Assembly (NCBI GenBank): GCA_964016885.1
Contig: OZ024748.1
Coordinates: 32,674,001 to 32,738,000 of the forward strand
Source: Eledone cirrhosa
Taxonomy: Eukaryota
Direction: 5' to 3'
DNA length: 64,000 nucleotides
Positions within the stretch are counted from its first letter, which is position 1. Every line of letters begins with the position of its first letter. The translations under genes were made by a program, and so were the position numbers. The notes beneath the pieces are model-generated. The model saw only the letters and a list, made by a program, of their open reading frames with translations, was not told where the DNA came from and made no database searches. Positions 28,782 through 43,405 of this stretch are shown here, one piece after another.

Positions 28782-29806
28782 ACGTGTATATAATTGCATT
28801 TGTATATTTAATTTTAAATTTCCTGGCCTAGTATGAATAACAATTTCTAGATGGTTTATAACACAAACTATGGAAAATTTAGTCAGAAATATTTTAAAAA
28901 TAAAACATAATACATTAGTGAATAAAACGTAATAATGATAAAAATTGTTGAATTACCTTGAAAATATTTATTTATTAGCTAGAAGATATTTATTTAGCCA
29001 GAGATTTTACTGGAAATATTTATATATTAGGTTGATATGTGGTCTAAAATATATATATTGTCTATAATTGACTGATAGCAGATGTTCCGGTGAAATAGTA
29101 GTTTTACTACTACAGATTGTAATGGAACTCTTAGTAGACACAATTGTAAAGTAAGAATAGATATGACAGTGTAAGACTGGTGTACGGGAAAGAAAATTGT
29201 TTGTATATATATATAATTGTTACACAAGATATAATTAGATTAATTAAAGTTATAATTGTTTCTACTTTTGGCACAAGGCCAGCAATTATCCTGTGCATTA
29301 CTGGTACTTTATTTTATCGAAATGAAGACAGCAGGTACACGGTATCGTTGGGAATGTTTCAACTCTCATACCTACCGGTGTCATACGTTAAAAGCCCCTG
29401 ATATAATTTAATGCATTCAGACACAGTTCCAATCGTATTTAATTAATTGTAAATCACAAAGTATCACTCAGTAAAATATCAATTATATATCAATAAGAGA
29501 ACCTCTACGTAGTCTCAGTGACTGCTAGAAATAGCAGCGATATTATCCATTTCAACTTAGTTTTTTCTGTTTAAAATCTCCAAAGTTTAGTTATACAATC
29601 AACAGCAAGCCTTTTGTACAGACTTCGGAATAAACTGGAAGACCGTAAAAATATCATTCTCCTTCTCTCTCTCTTTAAGCAAAGAATCGTTGCTTTCACC
29701 CTTAACGGGATCTTTTGAAACTCATTATTTTAATAAATAGTTGCCCTACGGCTTATATATACATATATATATATATATTATCCTTATCGAGCCCCCTCCG
29801 GATTAT

Positions 29807-29871
<65 letters not shown>

Positions 29872-30157
29872 CGTTTCTGAATTTGTTTAGCAAGATTCTT
29901 TATCTGAAAACGTGTGTTGAAACCGATATTGTTATACTTTGAGAGGGTCATGTTGCTAATAAGAAACACACGCACCTGTTGCTTTGACTTCAATTTATTA
30001 TAATAAATTTATAAATTTAGGAATTTATAAATTTCCGTTCCACAACCAGATGATTGTTTATATATTGTCAAAGTTCTTTCGTCACACATTCTGTGTGTAT
30101 ATATATATATATATTAATTCAAAATATTAACAAAATAGATATTCTTGTGATCAAGTA

Positions 30158-30224
30158 TATTTTATTATACATATTTCAGAGGTACTGAGTTAACTTCAAC
30201 AGTACGTCCACATCAGATAAAATA
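30158..30224 (-). ncRNA. Type I hammerhead with one core substitution
   Basis: tattttat-CTGATGT-ggacgtactg...cagtacctct-GAAA-tatgta-TA-ataaaata. Helix I has 8 bp. Confidence 0.65.
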
Positions 30225-32289
30225 AGATGATGCATGACATACCCTGATATAGTAGATCGTTAAGATTCAGTCATGGTAGTGAGTAATATATGACAAAACT
30301 CAATATTTATATACCTTAATATTGAAAACATGAACAAAACTACATATAATAGAGAGGGTACGTGTGAGAAAGCTTTAAAAATACATGGCAGCAATATAAC
30401 TGTTAAATATTCAAATAATTTAAATTACTGAACAAAGAGGAAAGAAAAGAAAGGCATAGAGGAAGAAACAGGTGAGGGGATAATATAGCTAGTAGGAGCC
30501 TAGAAAACAAAGGAGAGTTGATTACAGAGAGAGAGATAAAGAGAAATAACTTATATATTGTAATAATGTAGGGAGATATTAAATTAGAACAACATTTGGG
30601 CTTAGCTTTAGGAAAAAGGAAAAAAATTCAATTCATTGAATTATTGAAATATCTAAAAATATTCATCAATCGGAATTTTAATTTTAAATATAGTTGGGTG
30701 TATTCATATGAAGGTTAATACCAAGTCTTTAGACAATTATCTATATATACAATATATATCCAAACATATCTGGTTGACCGTTAACATTCAAATCATTTAA
30801 TTTAAGTTAGTTCAGAGTAATGAATAATATTTTAGGTTATAAAAGTTAATAAATATCTGTATTAATATTAAAGAATACTATCATATTTAATTTCTAAAAT
30901 CAAATTTTATGAAATCAAATTTAGAGGAATTACAAACACGAGAAAAAAACATAATGTTTTTACAACCTCGCGAAGGTAAACTTTACTAAATTTATTATAT
31001 AATATTAAATTATTTATATTATATTGAAAACAGTTTATATTATATAATTTAGAAAATAATTACAATTATAATTTTTAAACAATTTTAAGATTAACAAATT
31101 GAATCCCTAAAGGATCAACAGGTCTTATAATTAAACTTTAAAAAGTCTGATTATTAAATTATATATATGCGTTTATCAAAAAAATACACAAAGATTATAT
31201 TGTCTAAAGACTTAAGATGATACCTCTCAATTAGACATAACCTAATACAATACAATAAATAAGTTACTGAAAATATTGTTAAAATTAATGTTTTAAATCA
31301 ATTATTGTAATAGGATCATTTAATAGATATAATATACAAGTCAAAACTTCATGAGTCCTAAGGATAAGGACTAGATGCAAAATAAAAAAGTGAAAAAAGT
31401 AAAAATAATGAATTGTTTGCGATCATAAAAGTGCTCAATATTAAAAAATATAGTTTAAAATGCAAGAGGTTTTTTTTTTATTTATATAGTAGACAAACAA
31501 GACTTCTAAAGTGTCCACGAAGATGATAGAAAGAGGAGCTAAGGATTTGCATGACCCGAAGGTAACCCAAATTTAATTAAAATAAATTAAATTAAATTAA
31601 GTAATAATCGTTATATAATTTAGAACATTAAGGAAATATCTAACAATTATATCAATAGAGAGTCAATTGAGTATCCAAATTACTTATAATTGTAACTAGG
31701 AGCATGTTATTATACTAGATAAACAAATTTGCTCAAATATATAGATATAGGTATTAGTGAAACGATATACATATAATAAATAAATAATTACAATCATTAT
31801 TAGTAATGTTATAATTGTAGTTTTACCTCTTGTTCAGTGGAAAGAAAGACCAATATTTGTCGACTAGTATGATTTGTGACATTTATACCTAAATATATAT
31901 AAAAAAATATATATGTACAAATCTAACTTTCTGAATCTTAAAACATAACCAAAATGAGTAAAATATATAAATGCATGAATGATTTACGGTTCAATTATAA
32001 CCGGTAATCTTACAAGTTATATATCCAAAACAAAGACAAATATATAAGGATCCAAATCTACATTATATATATCTAAAATAATCCAAAGGTGTGCATATTC
32101 ATCAAGAGAACAAGTTAATAAATAATATGTTTATATACCTAAACAGGAGCCTTCAGTCTAACATTAATTCTATCATAAATGAGTAGAAAATAAAACATTA
32201 TTAAAGTTTTATAATCTGTTATAACGTTTTAGGTATAACAGTTGATAAGAGACGTCAAAAATTAAAACCTGTTTATTTAGTATTTTTTC

Positions 32290-32705
32290 CTGACTTTTTG
32301 CGAGGCTTGGAATGTAGACAAAGCTTTATGAAGGCAGTTTGAGAATAATTCACTTTTTTTGTTAATTAAGTTTTCATAATTATTAATTATTAATAGGGTC
32401 TCCATAGTACAGAGGTTGCAGTTAGGTGATATTGACGAATTCGAGTACATTCTACTATTACATAGCTTCGTCCAAAAAATCGAGTATTTTAAATTTTTGT
32501 CTTTTAATGACCATATAAGTTGTGATAAAGAAGTCTAAGACTTCCTATTAGGATTCGAAAAAGAGCATTTGTGATTCCCAAATCTCGATTTAAATGTCGA
32601 AGAAGTTGCCCCTATGTAATTGTATGTGATGTTATTTGTTTTAACGGTGCATACACCAAATTTCTATCTAGACAATTATTTTGCAGAGGGCAATTTGGTT
32701 TATTT
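32290..32705 (-). pseudogene. PLE GIY-YIG endonuclease fragment
   Basis: Reverse complement translates to PNCPLQNNCLDRNLVY / NYIGATSSTFKSRFGNHKCSF / CNLCTMET, with frameshifts. Confidence 0.8.
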
Positions 32706-32752
32706 CTACAATTAGATTTCTATTTATTATTATTATAATTTATAATTTATAA

Positions 32753-32945
32753 GGGCGGTGGATTGGCAGTATCAGTAGAGGGTCGGACGCCATGCTTTCC
32801 AGCATAGTTACGTCCCTTTACGATCTGAGTTCAAATCCCGCCGAGGTTGACTTTGCCTTTCATCCTTACGGGGTCGATAAAATAAAGTACCAGTAATGCA
32901 CTGGGTAATTGCTGGCCTTGTGCCTAAAGTAGAAACAATTATTAT
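32753..32945 (+). mobile_element. Full-length tRNA-derived SINE
   Basis: ggcggtggattggcagtatcagtagag (A-box-like), gagttcaaatccc (B-box), conserved core, attattat tail. Confidence 0.92.
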
Positions 32946-34689
32946 AATTTATATTAACACTATTAATACTTCGAAATGTTCTAGAATCAGTAGAGTGTCA
33001 TACGATATGCTTTATGTCATAATGTTACAGTACTTTATGTTCTGGGTTTAAATCATGCCATGGTCAACTTTGACTATCATCCATTCATGGTTGATAAAAA
33101 TCAGTAACAGTAATACACTGGGCCTGATTTAATTGGCATTCCCCTTTCTCTTCAAATTGCTGGCCTTGAGTCAAAAGTAGAAACATTTATTTAAAGTCTA
33201 TAAAACAATAGATAGAATGCTTTCTGCCATATTTTCCTGGTTCTTTGCTCTCTGAGTTTAAATCCTGCTGAGGTCAACTTTCTTTCATTCATTCATGGTT
33301 GATAAAAAACAATACCAGTCTATCACTGGGGTCTATTCTTGCTCTCTATATTTCTATCTCACTTCCTCCCTCTTATTCTATCTCCTCCTCTGGGAGAAAT
33401 CAACTGTTCAAACCTGGAGAGTGAAGGGCTCCACCAACCTTCAAATGTCCAGTGACACCCTTATGACTACATTATTTAAAAAAAAAAAATTGATGTGTGT
33501 ATATGTTTATTTTGTAAACCTTAACTGGTTTGTATTTATATTTATGACAAAATATCCACATGTGTAAATAAAAACAATTGCATAACTTTAATATTTGTTG
33601 GATGGTACTTTCATGACAGTTGAAATTTTGACTTTTTAAAAAAATAATTCACATTTGAAAGTACTTTACAACTTTCTTCACTTTTTCTTCAGCCATTTCA
33701 CATACCACATCAAAACACCACAACACACCACATACCACACCACAGCAGACATATACAAACCAGGTAGTTATATCTGAGATCTTACTTACCAAGTGCAGTG
33801 GAACTAATCAGATTGGACCAAGGAAACAATGGATGAAATTGAATTGGATCAGAAAGAAAGAAAAAAATAGAGAATATATTTATTTGCCGTTGTGTTGCCA
33901 AACGATGCCAAAAGCCATTGACCTGCATCTTTGGTCAAGAAGGCCATTGGAGCATCACTCACAGAAGCTGATACAGCAGCCAGCTTGACAGCCGATATAG
34001 GTAGCACCAACAATTATCACTACCATTAACAAGAGGAAGGCAACGACAGAAACTGTGACAATAGCAACGACACCCGCATCTTCGATTAAAGAAGGCGCCC
34101 GAGCCCCAGCAACCAGCCTGGCAGCCCGAATAGGTAGCTGTTTCAACCACCACCACCATAAACAACAGGATGGCAGCGACAGCAGCGGTGACATTAACAA
34201 CAACAACATATATGTGTATACACCAACAACTTACCAGCAAACACAACCACTACCATTAACAAGAGGAAGTCAACTCCCATCATCAATGACATTAACAACA
34301 ACACATGTTTTCAGGAGTGAAAGACTCGCCTTTAGCCACAAGGTTCTATGAGAAACTGCTAACATGCTCGCATGTGTGCGTGCTGAACACTGGGGCTCCC
34401 ACTGGGAAAAACCGCCTGTTTTCTTTTTTGTATATTCATCCATTCATTCATTTATTCATTTGTTAACATTCTACCTTCTTGTGTGTCCCCCTCCATGCAG
34501 CCCCTTCTTTTCTCTCTTGTCTTCTGACGCCTCCATATCTGATGTAGGTGACCTATGAGGCCCTCTTATCAGCACTTTGCCTTCCACCCACACAGTTGTG
34601 TCTAGCACCTAGGCTTGTGGCAGCCAGCCACTCACTCCTGATGCCGCTTCGTGCCCTACGCCCCATCCCCAACCCCCACCAGTCAACAC

Positions 34690-35650
34690 CTGCAGCATCT
34701 CGCATAGTGGAGATGCAGAAAATGTCTCTTCGCCTCGTCTGCCCAGCCACGGCTGTCTAGCACATCATCAGATGAGACAGCAACCTTGCCTGATGCCCAA
34801 GCGTCGCTGGTCATCATTGCTCGGCTCAGGCGGTGCCGGAAGATCCGACTCAGGATCCCGAGAGCAGTCCGGGTGCCTATAGCCACTTTCCGTGCTTCCT
34901 CGATTGGGAGTGCCCTGGACTCCAATCAAGCCAGCGACTGGGACTGACTCTTCTAATTCGCCCCACTTGCCCTGGGCCTCCGCATCTCTTGCCTTGTCCG
35001 AGGCGGCCGGTTGACAGCAGCCTTTGTCAAGGCCATTCCAAGCGTCCCTAAGGGCACCACACAACCTGCTCTCGGGTGCCCCTATTCCTCCAACCCTGAG
35101 GCCAGCACCAAGCGTTTGCGTGACCGTGTAAACGCCAAATTAATCAAGGGTGATGTCTCGGCTGCAGTCAGAGTGGTTGCCTCAGAGGAGATCCTGGCTG
35201 CCTTGCAAATCAAGCACCCTGAACCACTCGCTGATCTCAGACCCATAGCTCCACCCGATCCCCACTTGCTCCGTGTGGCTTCCAATTCAGACATCATGTC
35301 CGCTATCAAGTCCTTCCCAGCTAGTAGCAGCGGAGATGCTGATGGTATCCGGCCTGGCCACCTCAAGGACTTGCTATCTCCCCTCTCCACTGAGGCCGGG
35401 CGCTGCCTTTTGAGTGCAATTCTGGCACTCACCAATAAACTAATCCATGGAGCCCTGGACCCTCACGACCAAGGCCTCTTTTTCAGCTAGCCTGACCGCT
35501 CTCAGGAAGAAAGAGGGTGGCATACGCCCCATCTCTGTGGGCAATGTCTTCCAGGGGCTGGTTGCCAAGCTGGTCTGCAGGTCCATAACACCTGAACTGG
35601 GTGAGGAGTTCAGTCCCGTGCAACTGGGTGTCTGCGTGTGAGGGGGGCAG
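34690..35650 (+). pseudogene. CRE-clade non-LTR retrotransposon RT N-terminal fragment
   Basis: VNAKLIKGDVSAAVR...LQIKHP...AIKSFPASSSGDADGIRPGHLKDL / SLTALRKKEGGIRPISVGNVF...PVQLGV. Frameshifted. Confidence 0.75.
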
Positions 35651-35990
35651 CACATGCAACCAGGCAGTTCTTCAACAGCTGCCCACCGGAACTGGCATCC
35701 AGGCACTCCCGGCACCTCATTGTCAATGTGATTGGCATTAGGAAGGGCATCCAGCCATAGAAAACCAGCCAGAAACACTCCTATATGAGGTGTCACGGTC
35801 ACCTGACACAACTTGCCTTAAAATAGGACCTGTGTAACCCATGGAAGATAGATGTTAATCGATGATGGTGATGATGATATATATGTAGTGTACACATAGT
35901 ATGTATAGTGCATATATATATATATGATAAATGCTGGTGCCAAGCCGTTTCAGCCATTCCTCTGGACATTATATATAGTGTATGTATATA

Positions 35991-36080
<90 letters not shown>

Positions 36081-36117
36081 TATATACATACACTATATAT
36101 AATGTCCATATATATAA

Positions 36118-36168
<51 letters not shown>

Positions 36169-36898
36169 AGAGGTATAGAGATTGTTTTAGCGAGAAGCTA
36201 ACAGCATTTTATAACATATATGCGACTATAACGTCAAGATGGGAAAAGTAGTTAACGTAAGATTTAGGAAAAATAATTCAAACTCATCTCAAAAGAGAAT
36301 CAGGATACAAATTCATCCACAGAATTTAGTGCAATCCAGGGAAAAATCAATAGACCTTTAACTCATGATAAAATAAAGTTTAAAACACTTATCCTTCAAT
36401 TTGGAATAACATCAAATGCTCTGTATAGTCTTAAAAGACTATTTCATGAAAACTTTCAGTGGAGATGGTCACGGTTGGATTTCATTCATCAGCAGAGCTC
36501 AACAGAAAACTAGGGCTCTCACAGTATTATAATCCGAAAAAGGGAATTCTAAAACTGGCTAGTTCGCCATCATGTGTAGTTATGAAAAAGCACATGGGGA
36601 AAAACGGGGCTAGTGACGTCAGGATGTAAGTGAATGTTTATTTACAAGAAATAGCAGTCAAATACATTCTGAAAAAAACTCTACAAAAGGAGTTCAGCAA
36701 AAATAGCAATAATTATCACAGTTTTTATGAAAAAAACCGGGATTAGTCACAGATAGTTTAAGCACTCTAGGAAAAGAATCCGAGTATAAATATAAATGAG
36801 AGGTATAGAGATTGTTTTAGCGAGAAGCTACCAGCATTCTATAACATATATGCGACTATAACGTTAAGATGGGAAAAGTAGTTAACGTAAGATTTAGG

Positions 36899-36902
<4 letters not shown>
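36169..36902 (-). mobile_element. 630 bp-period, terminally redundant non-coding element carrying a hammerhead (retrozyme-like)
   Basis: A ~104 bp direct repeat (agaggtatagag...gatttaggaaaa) lies at 36169-36272 and 36799-36902. The element sits in (TA)n and is absent from the paralogous cassettes. Confidence 0.8.
36418..36498 (-). ncRNA. Canonical type I hammerhead ribozyme
   Basis: gctctg-CTGATGA-atgaaa...tttcat-GAAA-tagtctt-tt-aagacta-TA-cagagc. All three helices pair. Confidence 0.9.
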
Positions 36903-36957
<55 letters not shown>

Positions 36958-37007
36958 TACATACATACACTATATCTTTCATTTATATATATATATATAT
37001 ACCTTTC

Positions 37008-37057
<50 letters not shown>

Positions 37058-37419
37058 TATAATAGTTGTAATGTCACTGGTGCCTATCCCTTGGACAACA
37101 TGACATATAGTCTATATATATTATACAATATTCTATACATATATGTACACACATTGACAAACATATATATACATATAGAAGGGTCGGGTGAGGAGCTTAT
37201 AGACTGACCAAGTTACTCTCATGGAATGAGACAATGTATACACACAAAAATATGTATACAAACACATATATTTTATAGTGAAGTCATACAGCATATTGTA
37301 ATATAATATTTTCAAAGGGAGGTACATTGTGACCTTAAGCAAGACACATCATTCCACATGTCTCTAATGTTTTTGTTTTTCATCTTTTCATTTCCATTTT
37401 TTTAATGCTTTATTACCTT

Positions 37420-38155
37420 TATAACGGCGGCGAAGATTCGAAACCGAATCTGAGCTTTCCCGCCTCTGGGACAAGCAGTGGTAAGTTGTTTACGCTCAAG
37501 AGACTAACCCCTTGGGAGAGGCTAAACACAGGTCAGAGGTGTTTACGCCTGACAGAAAATAGGTCAGAGGATATATCCATCTTTCTGACTTGTTTACGCT
37601 TGGCAAACTAATCCCTTGGGAGACTAACCAAACTTCAGAGGATATATCTATCCTTCTAACTTCAACTCTTATAAATACAGGGGTTGTTTACGCCCCGACA
37701 GAAAAGAAGTGATATACAGACAAGACAAGTCGCATTTACAAGCTCTCGTCATGAAAAACCAGTCTGCCACTTATTCTCACCTTCCTGGCTGATCGCTGAC
37801 TCCTGCAATACAAACAAGCAAATAGACTGATACGCACACACGCATTCATAGTGAGTTCAGTATTTTTACACGCACCATTTTTGTTTATACATATTGTATC
37901 TTTCTGATACAGTACAAATTATATTATAATCGTATTCTGAGATACTTGAATTTACGTGGCTCGAAGATCCACCAAATTATTGTATTAATATTTTGTGTTA
38001 TTGATTTTATCATTCAATATTCAAATTGAATATGGTTATAATAAAATAAACTTTGTAACAACACAATCCTGGTATTTTTCTTTACATCGACACCACCATA
38101 CCAACAGTTACATCCATCCACTTATCGTTACAACCACACATAATATTCCGTTACA
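37420..38155 (+). mobile_element. Solo LTR (probably Ty3/Gypsy) with 4 bp TSD CCTT
   Basis: cctt-TATAACGG...CCGTTACA-cctt. Internal tataaata (~37669) and aataaa (~38040). The paralogs show the empty site tattacctttaataatg. Confidence 0.8.
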
Positions 38156-38204
38156 CCTTTAATAATGTGTTTTGTTTTAATATGGACAGTTATGTAAAAT
38201 TAAT

Positions 38205-38390
38205 AGTTGTTTCTACATTTGGCACAAGGCCAACAATTATACCAGTGTATTACTGGTACTTTATTTTATCGACCCCGTAAGGATGAAAGACAAAGTTAAC
38301 CTCGGCGGGATTTGAACTCAGTCCGTAAAGGGACGTAACTGTGCTGTAAAGCACGGCCTCCGACCCTCTACCGATACTGCCAATCCACCG
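38205..38390 (-). mobile_element. tRNA-derived SINE
   Basis: Reverse complement of the SINE consensus. Confidence 0.88.
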
Positions 38391-39110
38391 TAAATTAATA
38401 ATGTTATTTATACAAATCTGAATAAATTACTAGCATATTGATTGAACGTGTGAATTAACATAACGGAAGTTGTTTCTGAATGTATTAAATTATGTAAGGG
38501 ACTTTTACGTCATGACACCGGTGTCAACTAGACAGTGAAAAATTACCATTTATATCAGCTCCATTGTTACAACTTAAACCTCATCTAATTTTATCTTTTA
38601 TGGTGATTATTTCATATTAAGGTGAGCGTAAATGTTTGGAAATAACATACGGTGACTTATTTACCTTATAGTTGTTGTTTTATCACCTGTATTATTAAAT
38701 ATTGAAGTGGTTGTTCAACATTTTACAGGACAGGAAAATATTATTTTAATCAGAAATCAGTGAAAATTTAGTTCTTCCTAACTTTTGTTGACTTTATTAC
38801 AACTCGTACACACATATTTCAACACACACACACACACGCATGTCTATTTATTTCTCTCTCATACGTACACACTATGTCTGTATATATATATATATATATT
38901 AACCTTCATCTTTTGTAATTATGGATATTAATTCTCTTGTCACCTGCACTGTCGTCAATAACAAGAACCTTAAATTACGAAGACTTCGTTTGTTTTATGA
39001 GCTGAGGAGTTATTGTGAATATAGCTTCTCCCACCTTAACAAAAATTTTAAAAAAATATACACACACACATATATATATATGTATATATATATGTGTGTG
39101 TGTGTGTGTA

Positions 39111-39154
<44 letters not shown>

Positions 39155-39266
39155 CACTTGCTTTTTCTTCCTAGATGAGTCTTACGCTGTCATACCTCTT
39201 ATTACTTTACCAACTGAATGCTACATTTCTTAATATATGAGTGAAAGTGGTGAGATTCCTTTATGA

Positions 39267-40043
<777 letters not shown>

Positions 40044-40291
40044 AATATGTGGGAAATCTTTAGTCTCTTACAATAAAATAACTCTAAGAAAAAGATTTTT
40101 CCGAGCCATATATTATAATTGAATATAAAAGAAAAACGAACACAGATATATACATATATGTGTCCAAATCGCAAGGGACCAGATTCGCTAAGGTGAAAAG
40201 AATACTAACTATAGACAATAGGGTTTGCCTGTCTCAATTTAAGAAAAATTCAAGAAAATAAATACAAACCAGAATTGTGGTAACTACCAAT

Positions 40292-40367
40292 CACCCAGAC
40301 AGCTCTTGCTGCTGTTTCGCAATATTAATTGTGAATAGAAATACCAATTCTAGCTCATCAGTGGGTG
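40292..40367 (-). ncRNA. Type I hammerhead (left arm)
   Basis: Reverse complement reads caccca-CTGATGA-gc...gc-GAAA-cagc-agcaaga-gctg-TC-tgggtg. Confidence 0.85.
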
Positions 40368-40437
40368 AAAAATTAGTATTCTAGACACTTCTAAGTATAT
40401 TAAAAAACTGAAAGAAGTGTCTATGATACTAATTCTT

Positions 40438-40513
40438 CACCCACTGATGAGCTAGAATTGGTATTTCTATTCACAATTGATATTGCGAAACAGCACCGAG
40501 AGCTGTCTGGGTG
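40438..40513 (+). ncRNA. Type I hammerhead (right arm), same sense as the ZNF ORF
   Basis: caccca-CTGATGA-gc...gc-GAAA-cagc-accgaga-gctg-TC-tgggtg, with a GUC cleavage triplet. Confidence 0.88.
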
Positions 40514-40768
40514 ATTGGTAGTTACCACAATTCATGGTTTGCATTTATTTTCTTGATCTTTTTTCGTAAATTGAGACAGGCAAAACCTATTGCCTATAGT
40601 TAGTATTCTTTTCACCTTAGCAAATCTGGTCCCTTACGATTTGAACACATATATCTGTGTTCGTTTTTCTTTTATATTCAATTATAATATACGGCTCGGA
40701 AAAATCTTTTTCTTAGAGCTATTTCATTGTAAGAGACTATTTTGAGTTTCTAACTCAATATATACCTT

Positions 40769-40822
<54 letters not shown>

Positions 40823-42020
40823 TATTTTTATTTTTTAATACATTACTCAAAGGGAAGAAATATACTGACATATATCAAAGATTACCATAATGTATACACA
40901 CAAATATATATTATATATATGTATACAAACAGATATATATTTTATAGTAAAGACATACAGCATATTGTAATATAATGTTTTCAATTCTCAGCCAGGTCTT
41001 CAATTCTCAGCCACATTGTGTCTTTAAGCAAGACATCATTCCACATGTCTCTCATGTTTTTGTTTTTCATCTTTTCATTTCCATTTTTTAAATGTTTTAT
41101 TACCTTTAATAATGTGTTTTGTTTTTAATATAAACAGTTATGTAAAATTAATAATGTTATTTATACAAATCTGAATAAATTACTAACATATCGATTGAAC
41201 GTGTGAATTAACATAACGGAAGTTGTTTCTGAATGTATTAAATTGTGTAGGGGACTTTTAAGTCATGACACCGGTGTCAACTGGACAGTGAAATATTACC
41301 ATTTATATCAGCTGCATTGTTACAGCTTAAACCTCATCTAATTTTATCTTTTATGGTGATTATTTCATATTAAGGTGAACGTTAATGTTTGTAAATAACA
41401 TAAAATGACTTATTTACCTTATAGTTGTTGTTTTATCACCTGTATTATTAAATATTGAAGTGGTTGTTCAACATTTTACAGGACAGGAAAATATTATTTT
41501 AATCAGAAATCAGTGAAAATTTAGTTCTTCCTAAATTTTCTTGACTTTATATTTGGTCTTGAAAACTAAAGTACGTATTATTTCGTTTTCCATCACAAAC
41601 ATTGTGAACTTTTCTACTATCTGAAGTGAAATATCTTGATTTATTACAACACTTACACACATATTTCTACACACACACGCATCTATTTATTTATTTCTCT
41701 CATACGTACACACTGTATGTCTGTATTGAAATTATGGATATTAATTCTCTTGTCACCTGAACTATCGTCAATAACAAGAACCTTAAATTACGAAGACTTA
41801 TTCGTCTGTTTTATGAGCTGAGGATGTTATTGTGAATAGAGCTCTCACCTTAACAAAAATTAAAAAAAATATATATATATATACACACGACACACACATA
41901 AGCACTTGCTTTTTCTTCTTCGAAGATCAGTCTTACGCTTTCATACATCTTATTACTTTACCAACTGAATGCTACATTTCGTAATATATGAGTGGAAGTG
42001 GTGAGATTCCTTTATGAAAT

Positions 42021-42520
<500 letters not shown>

Positions 42521-43029
42521 TATGAAAAACACAAATATATAGACACACTTTGGAAGGCAGAATATAAAATGTGAAGCTTGAGAAATCTTATACATCTCAA
42601 CACATATGTTGTGTGTGTGTGTATATATATTTTATTATTATTATTTTTTAATACATCACTCAAAGGGAAGAAATATACTGACATATATCAAAGATTACCA
42701 CAATAACTAGGGAGCAGAGGACAAGATATGCTAGACATTGCAACTGAGGGTAGGATGAGCTGGCTATTGTGGTGGATACCTAAACATTGTAAGACCATAG
42801 TGGGATGACTGAGATTGACCTACATAGATCAAATGTCTCAGGATGTCCAGCTGGAGATTAATGATCTCAGGAATGCCATAGACATCTAAAAAAGAAGAGT
42901 AGAATTGTTCTGGCCAATCCACCTGACCTAATAAATCTAAACTATAACAAAGTAAGGAGCGCGGGACTGTGTACGGTTTATAATTTTTTATCCCATTAGT
43001 AAAATAAGTTGGATTACTTTGAATAAATA

Positions 43030-43405
43030 ATTGTTTCTACTTTTTGGCACAAGGCCAGCAATTACCTGGTACTTTATTTTATCGACCCCGTAACGATGAA
43101 AGGCAAAGTTAACTTCGGCGGGATTTGAACTCAGACCGTAAAGAGACATAACTATGCTGGAAAGCATGGCGTCCAACTCTCTACCGATACTGCCAATCTA
43201 CCGATCTACTTTGAATAAATAATTGTCTCTACTTTAGGCACAAGGCCAGCAATTACACAGTGCATTACTGGTACTTTATTTTATCGACCCTGTAAGGATG
43301 AAAGACAAAGTCAACCTCGGCGGGATTTGAACTCAGATCGTAAAGGGACGTAACTATGCTGGAAAGCATGGCGTCCGACCCTCTACTGATACTGCCAATC
43401 CACCT
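43030..43405 (-). mobile_element. Two tandem SINE copies
   Basis: Consensus matches at ~43030-43205 and ~43222-43405. Both are absent at the paralogous site near 52880. Confidence 0.88.

Larger units (their letters stand above)
40061..40739. mobile_element. Foldback element (~330 bp inverted arms) with one hammerhead per arm; PLE-derived
   Basis: tagtctcttacaat... and ...attgtaagagacta are reverse complements. The spacer is at ~40393-40413. Confidence 0.88.

Noticed and set aside
34055-34351. Thr/Gln/Asn-rich ORFs (also 45179-45472)
   Set aside because: Low-complexity sequence with no recognisable domain. It is deleted or disrupted in the third paralog at ~54.5 kb.
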